DNA of 64,000 nucleotides, taken from assembly GCA_965248535.1 (NCBI GenBank), contig CBDFJR010000005.1:1696001-1760000 (forward strand), written 5' to 3'. The position numbers and the translations under genes are program-made. Shown piece after piece: positions 49,800-60,747 of the stretch. The notes beneath the pieces are model-generated. The model saw nothing but the letters and a program-made list of their open reading frames with translations, ran no database searches and was not told the origin of the DNA. The DNA comes from Phormidesmis sp. (GTDB taxonomy: Bacteria; Cyanobacteriota; Cyanobacteriia; Leptolyngbyales; Leptolyngbyaceae). How positions within the stretch are numbered: the stretch's first letter is position 1; each line of letters starts with the position of its first letter.

Positions 49800-50441
49800 T
49801 TATGAGATTTCCTGAAGAGCTTCTTCAGCATAGTTACGAATATATAAATCTGGCTCATGAGAGCAGGAAAATCGACTAAGCAAATCTTTGATTGGTTCCA
49901 TGTCTGTCCCTTCAGACAGAATAATTAATGCATCAATTATGGATGCTTTAAAGATGCGTGTATTACTGACCGCAAAAAGGTTCAATATCAATTGAAATCT
50001 ATCCTTAGCAGGAATCTGATGAGAATAAGAGAGTCCTCTGAGCAGCACCTCCCAGAAATCATCTAGATTAGATAGCTTACCGTTACTTGAAGAAGATATT
50101 AATAAACTAGCAGCTTCCAAATACTGAATTGCATCCTGCAGAAGGCTGATATCCGTACATTCTGCCAATAAATCAGAAGCGCCATCATAGGCATCTGAGA
50201 CTTCCTTGTTTCTGCTCCACTTCAAAATCGCTAAGATGGAACTCAGGGATTTTGTATTTTGAAAGACAAGCTTCCTCAGCTTTGCTCGTTGTGCATGAGA
50301 TGCAAGGAAGTACTCACGAATGAGAAGATCCGGATCGCTGGATGTATAAAGAGAATCGACTGAGGTTGTTTTGATAGATTGATATGGTAGCTCTGTACTG
50401 GATTTAGTCTTAGAAACAGTTCTATCTATTGTGCTAGCCAT
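49800..50441 (-). CDS. Hypothetical alpha-helical protein (HEAT-like C-terminus)
   Basis: ATG at 50441 overlaps the upstream stop. Low-complexity Ser/Thr N-terminus. IIDALIIL...YIRNYAEEAL. Confidence 0.7.
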   Translation of the reverse strand: MASTIDRTVSKTKSSTELPYQSIKTTSVDSLYTSSDPDLLIREYFLASHAQRAKLRKLVFQNTKSLSSILAILKWSRNKEVSDAYDGASDLLAECTDISLLQDAIQYLEAASLLISSSSNGKLSNLDDFWEVLLRGLSYSHQIPAKDRFQLILNLFAVSNTRIFKASIIDALIILSEGTDMEPIKDLLSRFSCSHEPDLYIRNYAEEALQEIS

Positions 50442-51184
50442 TGGAACCCCCACTCCTGCTTGATATCTTCCTGAATTAAATCTAAGAATGCCTTAACGGT
50501 GTGTTCATGAGCTGCATCAAACCAATCTGTAATCTTAGAGTCTGTGTTAATACTCTGAGATGTTAGCTCAAAAAAAATAACGGGAGAATCATCTTCGATT
50601 CTATGTCTTTGATTTAGAGATACCGTCAAAGTCCCTAGATTGTTGGGCATCATAAACTCAAGGTTAGAGCTATGTAATCCCGGCTTTTCAAGAAAACCGT
50701 TCCATCTTTTACCTGCAAAAGTAAAGATCTTGCTCGTGTCGCCTGAATTATTCCAGCCAAAATTTTTATCTACTTGGTTTAAGTAAGTTAGCTCATAACG
50801 TATGGGCTGCAATGGCAAACTACCAAACTCCAGCCACCAATTCTGGAAGATTTGCCACTCTTGGTCAAATTTTGGATAGATTACTTCGTAATGAGGATAT
50901 TTATCCGATTCATTCTGACTGCGCCAATTGTAATGAAACCGATTTGCCTGTAATTGAATCAATTGTCGTTTGTCCGCAGACTCAAACCAGACTCGGCGTA
51001 ACCTGGGCAATATAGGAAAGTCAACATCTCCAATGGGGGGTAAATCCTGCGGCGGGACTGGAAAACGCCCTCGAATCAACTGCCAGTAAAATCCGTAATG
51101 AATAGCAGAGAAGTCTGGAGCATTGAATTCAACTCCGCATACAACCTCTATCAACGGTGATTTTGTAAACTTAGCGATCGTCAT
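50426..51184 (-). CDS. TIGR04255 family protein
   Basis: F.K.PLIEVVCGVEF, R.WF.S.D...LIQLQ.NRF.YNW, YP.Y, R.EL.Y.N, WF..AH......F. Confidence 0.85.
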   Translation of the reverse strand: MTIAKFTKSPLIEVVCGVEFNAPDFSAIHYGFYWQLIRGRFPVPPQDLPPIGDVDFPILPRLRRVWFESADKRQLIQLQANRFHYNWRSQNESDKYPHYEVIYPKFDQEWQIFQNWWLEFGSLPLQPIRYELTYLNQVDKNFGWNNSGDTSKIFTFAGKRWNGFLEKPGLHSSNLEFMMPNNLGTLTVSLNQRHRIEDDSPVIFFELTSQSINTDSKITDWFDAAHEHTVKAFLDLIQEDIKQEWGFQWLAQ

Positions 51185-51507
51185 TCGCCCAAAAACCTGC
51201 TATGAAACTTCAACTGGTAGCGTACTACTGTCTCTAGATTACTCCTAATTAGGAGGTGATAGACCCACTATGAGCCACGTCGCAGACAACATAACGTAGA
51301 GGAAAGAAAAGCGATCAGTAGGGAGTAAAATGAAATTGGCTATCCAATATCATGTCTATCCGGCTATTGGCTAAACTGCCGCCACTGCATCGTGATCCAT
51401 TTGACCGGATGCCGATTTGTCAGGCTTTGCAAAATAGCCTGACTCTTGCGACGGTAGACGCAGCAGCTCGTGCCTACGCGATCCAAGCAGTCTAGAGCTG
51501 ATTTGAA

Positions 51508-52050
51508 TCACTTCAGCTTTTGTTTGATAAACGCCATGATTTGCCCCTGTTGCTTTTTCAGAGCGTCGATCTCAGCCTGCATCTTGGCGATTTTGTCATT
51601 GAGCGCCTGAATGTCTGCACCCGCCGCTCCTTCAGCGCTCACCGGAGCCGCAGCCACAACCGGAGCGGGGCGGCGTTTTGCCTTAGTCATCGCCATTTTG
51701 ATCGCCGTGATCAAAATCTTTTGATCAAACGGCTTCTGCACAAACTCAAAATATTCAAACGGCTCTTGCAGTTTTTCAGCCACTTCTTCTTTGCGCCCAG
51801 ACATCAGCACCAGCGGAATGCTCTGCAACTCTGGCTGAAGCTGAATCTGCTGAAAGACTTCCCAACCACTCATGCGCGGCAGCAAGAAATCTAGCATGAT
51901 CAAGTTAGGAAGCTCTTGCCGAATCATATTGATGCCCTGAACGCCGTCTTTGGCTTCTAGAACCTCAAAATTGCCCTTCGGCAACATATCACGCACCATG
52001 TTGCGGATAACAGCGCTGTCATCAATGACCACGATTTTATGACTTGCCAC
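51508..52050 (-). CDS. Response regulator (receiver + coiled coil)
   Basis: IVVIDDS, IMLDFLLP, LMSG, KPF. Confidence 0.92.
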   Translation of the reverse strand: MASHKIVVIDDSAVIRNMVRDMLPKGNFEVLEAKDGVQGINMIRQELPNLIMLDFLLPRMSGWEVFQQIQLQPELQSIPLVLMSGRKEEVAEKLQEPFEYFEFVQKPFDQKILITAIKMAMTKAKRRPAPVVAAAPVSAEGAAGADIQALNDKIAKMQAEIDALKKQQGQIMAFIKQKLK

Positions 52051-52337
52051 AACTGAACTCCTTTAAGAGTGACTGAAAACGAAGGAAGTGAACGGCGATG
52101 AATTTAAGATTAGATCATTAATCTAAGCAGAAAGTAGAAATCCTGAACGTCAAGCTGACTAATTCGAGGAGGCGGAGTCAACCTTTTGGGCTGAAGGTCA
52201 AAATAATATGCACTAGTGTACCCTCTATGATTGATAAATCACGGTGATCTGATCACCCTGAGAAAAACGGTTCTATAGAGCGATTTTTATTTTTTCTTTA
52301 GCTCGACTTCTGCTTGACCTTCAGCGTTCCCCTTTCT

Positions 52338-53273
52338 ATGCCGACTGAAACGAATCAAAATCTAGGGTCTGAATCTGCGTCACGATCGCCCAATATTGCA
52401 GCCATGCCAGACTGGTTGCGCCGCCCGATCGGGAAAGCCAGCGAGATTTCGACGGTGCAGCGCATTATCAAACAACGCCAGATTCACACGATTTGCGAAG
52501 AAGGACGCTGCCCCAACCGGGGAGAGTGCTATGCCCAAGGCACGGCTACGTTTTTGCTGATGGGGCCGGTGTGCACTCGCGCCTGTGGTTTTTGCCAGGT
52601 CGATAAAGGGCACGCTCCGATGCCGCTTGATGCAGACGAGCCACAAAAGGTGGCTGAGTCAGTGCGGCTGTTGGGGTTGCGCTATGTGGTGCTGACCTCG
52701 GTGGCGCGAGATGATTTGCCTGATCAGGGTTCTGGCTGGTTTGCGACGACGATCGCGGAAATTCGACGCGTCAACCCGTTGACTCAGATCGAGGTGCTGA
52801 CCCCTGATTTTTGGGGCGGTCGTAAGGATAATGAGACTCCCGAAGCGTTGCAGACTGGGCGAATAGCGATCGTGGTGGCGGCCAACCCGGTTTGTTATAA
52901 CCACAATATTGAGACGGTGCGGCGATTGCAGGCTCCGGTGCGGCGCGGCGCGACGTACGATCGTTCCCTGAGAGTTCTGCAAATCGTGAAAGATTTGAAT
53001 TCGACCATTCCTACCAAGTCGGGCTTGATGTTGGGGCACGGCGAAACCGAAGCCGAAGTGATCGAGACGCTGGCCGATTTGAGAGCCGTGAACTGCGATC
53101 GCTTGACGATCGGGCAATATCTGCGTCCCTCACTCGACCATCTGCCCGTGCAGAAATATTGGCACCCCGACGAGTTTGAGCGACTGGGCGCGATCGCCCG
53201 CGAAATGGGCTTTTCTCACGTCCGATCTGCGCCGCTAGTCCGCAGTTCTTATCACGCTGGGACAGATCAATAA
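52338..53273 (+). CDS. lipA: Lipoyl synthase
   Basis: [36 protein letters not shown]. Confidence 0.97.
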   Translation: MPTETNQNLGSESASRSPNIAAMPDWLRRPIGKASEISTVQRIIKQRQIHTICEEGRCPNRGECYAQGTATFLLMGPVCTRACGFCQVDKGHAPMPLDADEPQKVAESVRLLGLRYVVLTSVARDDLPDQGSGWFATTIAEIRRVNPLTQIEVLTPDFWGGRKDNETPEALQTGRIAIVVAANPVCYNHNIETVRRLQAPVRRGATYDRSLRVLQIVKDLNSTIPTKSGLMLGHGETEAEVIETLADLRAVNCDRLTIGQYLRPSLDHLPVQKYWHPDEFERLGAIAREMGFSHVRSAPLVRSSYHAGTDQ

Positions 53274-53367
53274 GCCTCGTTTGCCCGATGCTTAATCGAA
53301 ATTTACCTTTAGAGGTGCCCTTGTTTTGGTATCCCTTAAGAAGGTTATTAAATCTGGAGAATCGCTT

Positions 53368-53511
53368 ATGGCAACTCAAGCTGCTAAAAATCCGACAGGC
53401 GCAACCGCTAAAACGGGTAAGCCTCCCTATCCGTTTCGCACGGGCTGGGCGTTGTTACTTCTGGGCATTAACTTTGTCGTTGCAGCTTACTACTTTGGAA
53501 TTCTCAAGTAG
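53368..53511 (+). CDS. psaX: Photosystem I subunit PsaX
   Basis: KPPYPFRTGWALLLLGINFVVAAYYF. ATG at 53368 with a GGAG RBS. Confidence 0.92.
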   Translation: MATQAAKNPTGATAKTGKPPYPFRTGWALLLLGINFVVAAYYFGILK

Positions 53512-53550
53512 TTGCGGCTAGCAGAGTCGCTCTGATTCACCCATTGAGGC

Positions 53551-53596
53551 TTCTCCCTAGTTTTTTCTCGATCGCTGAGACGAGATTAGGGAGAAC
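53551..53596. terminator. Hairpin between convergent psaX and trpA
   Basis: TTCTCCCTAG...TTAGGGAGAA. Confidence 0.55.
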
Positions 53597-53608
53597 CTTT
53601 GATTGAGG

Positions 53609-54409
53609 TTATTCGGGCAAAAGGGCAGCTCTGAGACTTTTGCAAAATTCTTCGATCGATTTTAGCCCCTCAGCCGGAGTGCCTTCTGCCAGCCGCTTCA
53701 CAAAGGCGCTGCCCACAATGACCGCATCTGCCCCCCACTCCATGACTTGACGAGCGTGTTCGGGCTGAGAAATGCCAAACCCAACCCCGATCGGTTTGTC
53801 GGTGACGTTTCGCAGTTCCACGACCAAATCTTTGACGCGGGCTTGAATCTGAGTTCTTACGCCCGTTACGCCTGTGGTGCTGACTAAGTAGATAAATCCT
53901 TGTGACTGCTGCGCGATCGCCGCAATGCGCGCCTGCGGACTCGTCGGCGCAACCAGCAGAATGACTTCAATCCCACGTTCTCTAGCAGGTTTTAGCAGGC
54001 TGTCAGACTCTTCTAGGGGCAAATCAGGCACGACTAGACCCTTGACTCCTGCATCGGCGATGTCTTGCAAAAACTGATCGATGCCGCGATTGATAATCGG
54101 ATTGTAGTAAGTGAAGAGAATTAGGGGCGATCGTAGCGTTGGCGCAACCTGTTTGACCATCTTCAACACGTCATCTAGTCGGGTGCCCCGCTCTAGCGCA
54201 CGGGTCGCGGCGGCTTGAATCACCGGGCCATCAGCCAACGGATCAGAGTAGGGAACGCCCAACTCGATTAAATCAGCGCCAGAGCGATCGAGGACGCGCA
54301 ATGCTTCAGCTGTCGTCTCTAAATCGGGATCACCTGCGGTGATGAAGGGGATCAAAGCGCAGCGAGCATGATCCCGCAGATGCTCAAAGCATTGAGAAAC
54401 TGAAGTCAT
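53609..54409 (-). CDS. trpA: Tryptophan synthase alpha chain
   Basis: [39 protein letters not shown]. Confidence 0.98.
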   Translation of the reverse strand: MTSVSQCFEHLRDHARCALIPFITAGDPDLETTAEALRVLDRSGADLIELGVPYSDPLADGPVIQAAATRALERGTRLDDVLKMVKQVAPTLRSPLILFTYYNPIINRGIDQFLQDIADAGVKGLVVPDLPLEESDSLLKPARERGIEVILLVAPTSPQARIAAIAQQSQGFIYLVSTTGVTGVRTQIQARVKDLVVELRNVTDKPIGVGFGISQPEHARQVMEWGADAVIVGSAFVKRLAEGTPAEGLKSIEEFCKSLRAALLPE

Positions 54410-54502
54410 TTCTATCCTTATCATGAAGTGAAAATCTGGAGGAAAACAGACAATCAGTTTAAGCCGATCGGGGAATGGTTTTCTGCGATCGCCCCAGATT
54501 CT

Positions 54503-54817
54503 CTAGCCTTTAGCCTGCTGATTTTCTTGCTCGATTTCGGCTTGCAGGGCTGCCAGTTGGTCGGGGGTCAACTCTTCTAGACGTTTTTGCAGCACGGCTT
54601 CTTCATAGTCTCTTAGCTGCCGATCGTAGGTCATGTCTTTAGACAACACTCGCGTCAGATAGCTAAAAACCCAGACCACCAGAGCGCTGACTAAGAGCAC
54701 CTGACTCCAGATTCCCGCGTTCATGCTGTCTAGACCAACCCACTGCAACACCAAATACGCCAATCCGCCTGCTACAAAAACGCCCAGGGTGATCCCGATC
54801 GCATCAATTCGCCGCAT
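54503..54817 (-). CDS. DUF3007 family protein
   Basis: MRRID, AGIWSQ, MTY..Q..DYE..VLQKRLEE. Located between ndhL and trpA. Confidence 0.9.
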   Translation of the reverse strand: MRRIDAIGITLGVFVAGGLAYLVLQWVGLDSMNAGIWSQVLLVSALVVWVFSYLTRVLSKDMTYDRQLRDYEEAVLQKRLEELTPDQLAALQAEIEQENQQAKG

Positions 54818-54840
54818 TCACTGACCCCTTGCCAAATAAT

Positions 54841-55053
54841 TTAGGCTTCAATGACTCGACGCTTTGGTCTAAAGTTGAGAAACGGCGCGAGTAACAGCAT
54901 TCCGGGGAAGAAGAGAAACACCAGAAAATACAATAAGGTGCGCTCGATCGAGCTAACCACATACCAGCGCTTTTGCAGATAGAGATAGAGCGCAAACGGC
55001 ACCACCACTAAATAGGCTCCGCCCAGAGCTAAATATAAAAGTGCAACTTCCAT
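54841..55053 (-). CDS. ndhL: NAD(P)H-quinone oxidoreductase subunit L
   Basis: [10 protein letters not shown]...[22 protein letters not shown]. Confidence 0.95.
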   Translation of the reverse strand: MEVALLYLALGGAYLVVVPFALYLYLQKRWYVVSSIERTLLYFLVFLFFPGMLLLAPFLNFRPKRRVIEA

Positions 55054-55253
55054 CGGTTTATAGAAATAGCGTAGATTTGACTACCCTATCGTACCGTTAT
55101 TTCAACGGGGCAAGGCTTTTCTAAATCAAGACTGCTCAAGGTCAGAGAGTGAAAAATATCTATGAACCCAAGAATAAGAGCGACGCGATCGGGCAGAGAG
55201 TTGCACATCGGGTCAATTAGTGATGGAATAGAAGTCTGCGATTAACAAATCAT

Positions 55254-55336
55254 GGGGGCATGGCGGAATGGTAGACGCAACGGACTTAAAATCCGTTGAC
55301 TGCAAGGTCGTGAGGGTTCAAGTCCCTCTGCCCCCA
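55254..55336 (+). tRNA. trnL: tRNA-Leu(UAA), intron-less, CCA not encoded
   Basis: Acceptor stem GGGGGCA/TGCCCCC, D-loop GGAATGGTAGAC, anticodon loop CTTAAAA, long variable arm, GGTTCAAGTCC. Confidence 0.97.
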
Positions 55337-55651
55337 TCTAACAATTATTAGTTCCAAGTGCGCCGATCGCTCCAACCCTGGGGCGCTTATTGTCGCATCT
55401 CAGCGTTTTTGATAGATTAGAGAGCAGGATTCCTTCGACGGAAGGATTTTTTGAGCCGTAGGTTTCACTGAAGTCATCGCTGACAAAAACTTGTCTCGAC
55501 AGCGAGGGCCAACGTCGATCGCCAGAAAGCAGGGGATTCAAAAAAAAGTTTGATGATTTCCGATAAAATCCCCAATTGCATCAGTATCATCACTTAAGAA
55601 CGACAGTTTTCTGAAAATCTACCCTGCTTCGCTAACTTGGTGCTGATACCC

Positions 55652-57130
55652 ATGAACGGAACGCCCAATCGGGATTTGAGCAAGCTTCAGTCAGAATCCG
55701 TTGGGGCACAACCCATCTCCGATCGTCTTCCTAACCCATCTTTGGGCACTATGACTAATGGAATGATCGGAGAAATTCGGATGAATGGGCACCCGTCAGA
55801 ACCGCCCAAGCAACGATCGCGCTCTGGGCAAAACCTTCAACAGGCTCAAGAAACGGTTTATCGGTTTCTGCTTGACATCGTTAAAAAGTGGCCGCCCGAA
55901 GAAGTGCTGTTAGAGTTTAAGCGTCTCTTTCTCTACCATGTTGAAACGACTAGCTCTGGAGTCATCCAGGCAATTTATGAAATTGTCTTTAGCAATAACG
56001 AAGAAGAATTTAGAAATACGCTCAAGCGATCGTGCTACATTCTCATCAACAATTGGGATGCAAGTCGCAACTTTAAGCCGATTCAAGAGTTAATCAAAAT
56101 TTTTGAAGATAGCAGTCTCGATCGCCAAACAATTTCGCCAACGCTGAAGCGATTAAGAGCCTGGATCGACGGCTTTAGAAAAAGCAAAGATTATGCAGAG
56201 CTAAAGCTTTTTGCAGAGAGATATGACGAGTCTCGCAAAGGGCCGTGGGTCAATCGCTACACGTCTTATCTGCTCGTTCCTCAATATATTGACTCGACTA
56301 ACCCGATCGAGCAGAGAGAAGCCGCCCGCGCTCTATCGATGCAGCTTAAAGACAAGTTTAAGTTTAGTTTGGCGATGTATATTGCTAAATCTCAGTCGGC
56401 AACCTCCCTAGAAAGATTGCCTGAGAACCCGACGGCATTGGGCGATAACGTCTTGCAGTTGATCAAGACGATCGTGGCAAAGCGCGGTCAGTTTAGCTAT
56501 GCAAACTTAGCTAATATTTTCATCAATCAGACCCATCAGTTGAGCTATAGAGAGTTTAAACATGAGCTAAAACGATATTTAATTCTCTCCATTGATAGAA
56601 ACAAACTGACTGAAACTCTTCAGACAAAACTCGCCGAAAAACTAGATCCGCTCTATCTAGACTATAACCATGAGACTCTCAGTGAAGCGTTGATTTTGAG
56701 AACTTGTAATCGACTGATTGAGCATCTCACCACCGAAAATCGACGCGTTCCTTCTCCGCTGTTTGTGCTGCTTGTCTCTCAAGGCAGCCCAATGACGTTG
56801 GTGATTGTGCTGCTTAAATTGATTTTGATTTGCAAAAATGCGAGAACCCATTTAGAAGCGCAAATCGCTGAACTGATTCGCTATTATGAAGACTTTCCAG
56901 AAGATGAATGCTGGTGGGTGGTTAACTTTTTAGAAATTTTCAATGTCACGTTTGCGATCTATGCCGAGAACGTGCAATACAACCTGATCAAAATGGATAA
57001 AGACCAAGAGCCGCTCCAGATTCCCAAAGCGTCACCAGATCTAGACGCTTATCGAGTTTTTTCACAGCTTAAGCGCGATGTCGGGCCCAACCTCCCAGAT
57101 GAGAGAGACCTAACTGAACCTGCCGAATGA
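55652..57130 (+). CDS. Conserved hypothetical protein (start uncertain)
   Basis: About 490-aa ORF (LKRSCYILINNW, RYTSYLLVPQY). Confidence 0.75.
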   Translation: MNGTPNRDLSKLQSESVGAQPISDRLPNPSLGTMTNGMIGEIRMNGHPSEPPKQRSRSGQNLQQAQETVYRFLLDIVKKWPPEEVLLEFKRLFLYHVETTSSGVIQAIYEIVFSNNEEEFRNTLKRSCYILINNWDASRNFKPIQELIKIFEDSSLDRQTISPTLKRLRAWIDGFRKSKDYAELKLFAERYDESRKGPWVNRYTSYLLVPQYIDSTNPIEQREAARALSMQLKDKFKFSLAMYIAKSQSATSLERLPENPTALGDNVLQLIKTIVAKRGQFSYANLANIFINQTHQLSYREFKHELKRYLILSIDRNKLTETLQTKLAEKLDPLYLDYNHETLSEALILRTCNRLIEHLTTENRRVPSPLFVLLVSQGSPMTLVIVLLKLILICKNARTHLEAQIAELIRYYEDFPEDECWWVVNFLEIFNVTFAIYAENVQYNLIKMDKDQEPLQIPKASPDLDAYRVFSQLKRDVGPNLPDERDLTEPAE

Positions 57131-57131
57131 T

Positions 57132-58079
57132 TTATGAGCGGCGATCGTCCACTGTGACTAATCCGGCTCCGGCTAATTCTGCCAGGGTGTTGATAAACCG
57201 ATAGAGGGCAGCGACACTCAGCAGCTCGCCTGTTGAAAACCGCTGACCTAGCAGGGCGCTGCCACCAGACAGCAAGGCAACTACAACCGCTTCAAAAACT
57301 CCAACGCCGCCCGGCAACCCCGGAATTACAAAGCCCACAAGCCAGGCCACTGCAAACGCCGACATCACTAGGGGCACCTGATTAAAAGAAAGAGGCACGA
57401 TCGCTGTCAAGGTCAAAATAAATCCGAGGCTTCTCAGCCCCAAAAACCCAAGCTCACCCAAAAGCGGCTTGATGGGATAGCGCTTCATAGGAAGGATGAC
57501 GGATTGAGATGCCCCTGCCGCTTTCTGCTTGAGTTTAGCCAGATAGCCAACTAGGGGATTGAGACATCGGGGATGGACGATCGCGAGACCCACACCCAAC
57601 CCGACTAACGGCAGCAGTTGAGCCAGCCAACCATAGGTCAGCAAGAGGGGCTGCACGCCAATTAGCGCCATTAAGAGGGCCGCGATCGCCATCAGCAGTG
57701 GTTCTAGCAAGACGCTGACGATCGCGATTTCTGCCGGAACTCCGATCTGGGTAGCGGCGGAGATGCGGCCATAAAAATGCCAGATATTGCCCGGTAAATA
57801 TTTAGCAATATTGGTTTGCAGATAGGTTTTTATGCTCCAGACCGCTAGAACAGGCTGATGGAGCGATCGCAGAATCCAACTCCAGACCCAGCCTGCAACG
57901 ATGTGAGCAGAGAGCGTGATCCCCAGAGCGATCGCGAGACAGGCATATCCAGGAGCGTCTATCTGAATGGCGACAACTTCTTGCCAATGATCTTTGAGAG
58001 TCTTGGTCAGAAAAAATATCACCAGACCCACAATGAGCCAACGCAAAGAAGATTTGAGACGCGATCGAACGGTTTTCAT
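57132..58079 (-). CDS. Lysylphosphatidylglycerol synthase TM-domain (UPF0104) protein
   Basis: NIAKYLPGNIWHF.GR, PG.PGG.GVFE, LYR. Confidence 0.88.
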   Translation of the reverse strand: MKTVRSRLKSSLRWLIVGLVIFFLTKTLKDHWQEVVAIQIDAPGYACLAIALGITLSAHIVAGWVWSWILRSLHQPVLAVWSIKTYLQTNIAKYLPGNIWHFYGRISAATQIGVPAEIAIVSVLLEPLLMAIAALLMALIGVQPLLLTYGWLAQLLPLVGLGVGLAIVHPRCLNPLVGYLAKLKQKAAGASQSVILPMKRYPIKPLLGELGFLGLRSLGFILTLTAIVPLSFNQVPLVMSAFAVAWLVGFVIPGLPGGVGVFEAVVVALLSGGSALLGQRFSTGELLSVAALYRFINTLAELAGAGLVTVDDRRS

Positions 58080-58558
58080 AAACTGAAATTAGTTTTCTCT
58101 TAAGTTCAATTTAATTCAATTCGCTCATAATTGCGATGGACAGAGAAATTACTAGCAATCTCTCTAGAGTTAGAGAAGCCGAGCTTCTATCTAATGATGA
58201 ATGAGTCTTTTGCTAGAGGCGATCGTAGCTGAGAGATTTGTAGTCTTGATAGGCGATTTGAGTTGGAGAGATCTCGAATTTCAGTAGGGTTGAGCAACTT
58301 GAATTGTAAAACTTAAAGCTGCTATTTCCAAAAGAGAAAAGAACTGGTTTATGAAATTTGTGACAGTCCTTTTTTAAGCTGTTTGAATTCAATAACCTAT
58401 GTCTCTTTTGGTGAAATATGCTCTCTTTGCGTTTGAAAAGATCTAGTAGCTCCTGTATTTTTCTGTCTTAGAGCAGGTGCTAGGTCTGCTCTTGATGAGT
58501 AGATTTGCTGTTTAACTCGTTCTAACTAATCAAATCAATCCAAGTCAATGGAGTCGAT

Positions 58559-59260
58559 ATGAATAAACTTGTTTCTGTGATTAAATCAATTCGGTTAGGT
58601 CAAGCTTTAACTGCTTTTCTAGCAGGTGTTTTATTGCTGGTTAGCACGGCTTGTGCAGGCAACGCTCAAGCAAAAATGCCTCAAGACAATATGCTCAAAG
58701 GCGCAGGCTCAAATCCAGTTGGGCAGAGCCAACCCTATGAAGGCGGCATGAACAACTTTAGCGACACGGCACCGGGCCAAGCGGCTAAAGGAACGGCTGC
58801 AAAAACTAAGGCGCTGATCGATCGGGCAGAGCGCGACATCAACACCAAGCGAGTAGATAGCGTTGATCAATATGTTGACAACTATCGTTCGGGTGCGCCT
58901 CTAGATGAGAGAGCGAAGAAGTTTACTGATAACGTGAAGGGAGCCGTCAAAGGCACGGCAGATGACGCAAAAGGGTTTGGCGATCGGGTGTCTGATGTCA
59001 GCGATCGCGTCGGCGACAAATCAAAAGCACTGGGTCAGCGCATCAAGAACAGTGCAGACAACGTTGCCGAAAACACCAAGCAAGCCAGCGATAACACGGT
59101 GAAAAGCGCTAAGAACGCGGCAGAGGCTCTCAAAGACAACACCCAAGACGCTGCTAAGAGTGTTTCTCGGAGCGTCAAGGATGCTGCCAAAGACGCAGCC
59201 CAAGCCACCGAAGATGCGGCCAAGACTGCCAACCGCAAGGTTCAAACTTCGATCGACTAA
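58559..59260 (+). CDS. LEA/CsbD-like lipoprotein with Ala/Lys/Asp-rich repeats
   Basis: Lipobox VSTAC, YEGGMN.FSD, C-terminal 11-mer-like amphipathic repeats. Confidence 0.75.
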   Translation: MNKLVSVIKSIRLGQALTAFLAGVLLLVSTACAGNAQAKMPQDNMLKGAGSNPVGQSQPYEGGMNNFSDTAPGQAAKGTAAKTKALIDRAERDINTKRVDSVDQYVDNYRSGAPLDERAKKFTDNVKGAVKGTADDAKGFGDRVSDVSDRVGDKSKALGQRIKNSADNVAENTKQASDNTVKSAKNAAEALKDNTQDAAKSVSRSVKDAAKDAAQATEDAAKTANRKVQTSID

Positions 59261-59292
59261 CCCTGCTGAGCTTGGACGATGCAAGCCCATCA

Positions 59293-60687
59293 TTACAGTC
59301 TGAAAAAAGCTAGGGACCCTCTCCTGGCTTTTTTCATGACTGGATATACCAAGCATTGCAGCGCCACTTGATGAATCTCTCGCCACGCTACACCATGCTG
59401 ACGGGCAAGCTGGGCACAGTCTTCATATTCTGGCTGGACGTTGACGATCGTGCCGTCTTTTTGCCGGGCGACTTTGATCTGAACAGTTCCATAGTGAGTC
59501 TCAACGGGGTAAAAGGCCCGATCGAGCACCGATCGCTTCTGAAGCGTGTGACGAATGCCCAAGGTGCTAGTTTCTCGAAACAGGACAGCTTCACACTCAG
59601 TCTTTTTGGCAGGCGGACAAATCACCGTCAGCAAAACCCCCGGACGCGATTTTTTCATGCCGATCGCTTGAGTAAACACATCCACTGCACCCACGGCAAA
59701 CAAAGCCTCAAAGACATACCCGATCGCTTGGGGGTTGAGATCATCAATCTGAGTGGATAGCACTGAAATAGATTCAGAAGGGTCTACCAATGCAGGGACG
59801 GCTTGAGCAGGTGGAGTGTGGGTGTGATGGGTTAAATCTTCGTGGGACTCCTTCGCTTCGCCGATCCACAGCCGCAAGATGTTGGGAATCGGCAAATCAC
59901 GCGACCCGGCACCCAAGCCAATCTTCTGCAAAGTCATCGCAGGCGGCGCACCAAATTGTGTGGCTAACGTCGTGACGATCGCGGCCCCGGTTGGCGTGAC
60001 TAACTCTCGCTCAATGCCATTGCTGTAGAGAGGCACGTTTCGCAACTCACAGAGCTTAAGCACGGCAGGCACGGGCACAGGCAATCGACCATGAGCCGCC
60101 CAAACCGTGCCGCCCCCGGTTGGCAGCGCCGAACAGTAGAGGCGATCGAGACCGAGCCAATCAAAGCCTAAACAGGTGCCGACGATATCCACGATCGCGT
60201 CGATCGCCCCCACTTCATGAAAATGCACTTGCTCTGCCGGAACGCCATGCACCGCTCCCTCAGCCTCTGCCAACTGCCGAAATATTTGAAGGCTCCAAGC
60301 CTCAGCCCGTTGAGGTAGCTCTGCCTGCTTGATCATCTGCTCAATTTCGGGTAGATGCCGCAGTTGCGATCCGGTCGTTAGCGGACGATCATCCTGATGA
60401 TGATGGGAATGAGCGTGATCGTGGGAGTGACTATGAACAGCGATCGGGGTTTCTGTCTCGATCGAGCCGGGGTGAACGTGATTCTTGAGCAGATCGACCC
60501 AAACCTTCGTCGCCTGTTGCCCATTGCGATGCACAAGCTCTGCCCGCAGACGATACTCCTCGGCAATGCCCAAGCGATCGAGGTGCTCAGTCAGGTAGTC
60601 TAAAGGAACGCCTGCACTGATCAGCGCCCCTAGACACATATCTCCGGCGATTCCCGTTGGGCACTCTAGATAAGCAATTTTTTGCAT
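59293..60687 (-). CDS. larC: Nickel pincer cofactor biosynthesis protein LarC (true stop probably at ~59334)
   Basis: GIAGDM.LGAL, His-rich tract, [28 protein letters not shown]. Confidence 0.94.
   Translation of the reverse strand: MQKIAYLECPTGIAGDMCLGALISAGVPLDYLTEHLDRLGIAEEYRLRAELVHRNGQQATKVWVDLLKNHVHPGSIETETPIAVHSHSHDHAHSHHHQDDRPLTTGSQLRHLPEIEQMIKQAELPQRAEAWSLQIFRQLAEAEGAVHGVPAEQVHFHEVGAIDAIVDIVGTCLGFDWLGLDRLYCSALPTGGGTVWAAHGRLPVPVPAVLKLCELRNVPLYSNGIERELVTPTGAAIVTTLATQFGAPPAMTLQKIGLGAGSRDLPIPNILRLWIGEAKESHEDLTHHTHTPPAQAVPALVDPSESISVLSTQIDDLNPQAIGYVFEALFAVGAVDVFTQAIGMKKSRPGVLLTVICPPAKKTECEAVLFRETSTLGIRHTLQKRSVLDRAFYPVETHYGTVQIKVARQKDGTIVNVQPEYEDCAQLARQHGVAWREIHQVALQCLVYPVMKKARRGSLAFFRL
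59301..59336. terminator. Bidirectional terminator hairpin
   Basis: TGAAAAAAGCTAGG-loop-CCTGGCTTTTTTCA between convergent genes. Confidence 0.7.
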
Positions 60688-60747
60688 CGCTATAGAAACT
60701 CAGATAGTTTTCTCTACACCCTAACCCTTGATAGTTGATCTTAATTT

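Noticed and set aside
55300..55340. tRNA-Leu as an integration site (att)
   Set aside because: I saw no duplicate of the tRNA 3' end and no integrase in the window.
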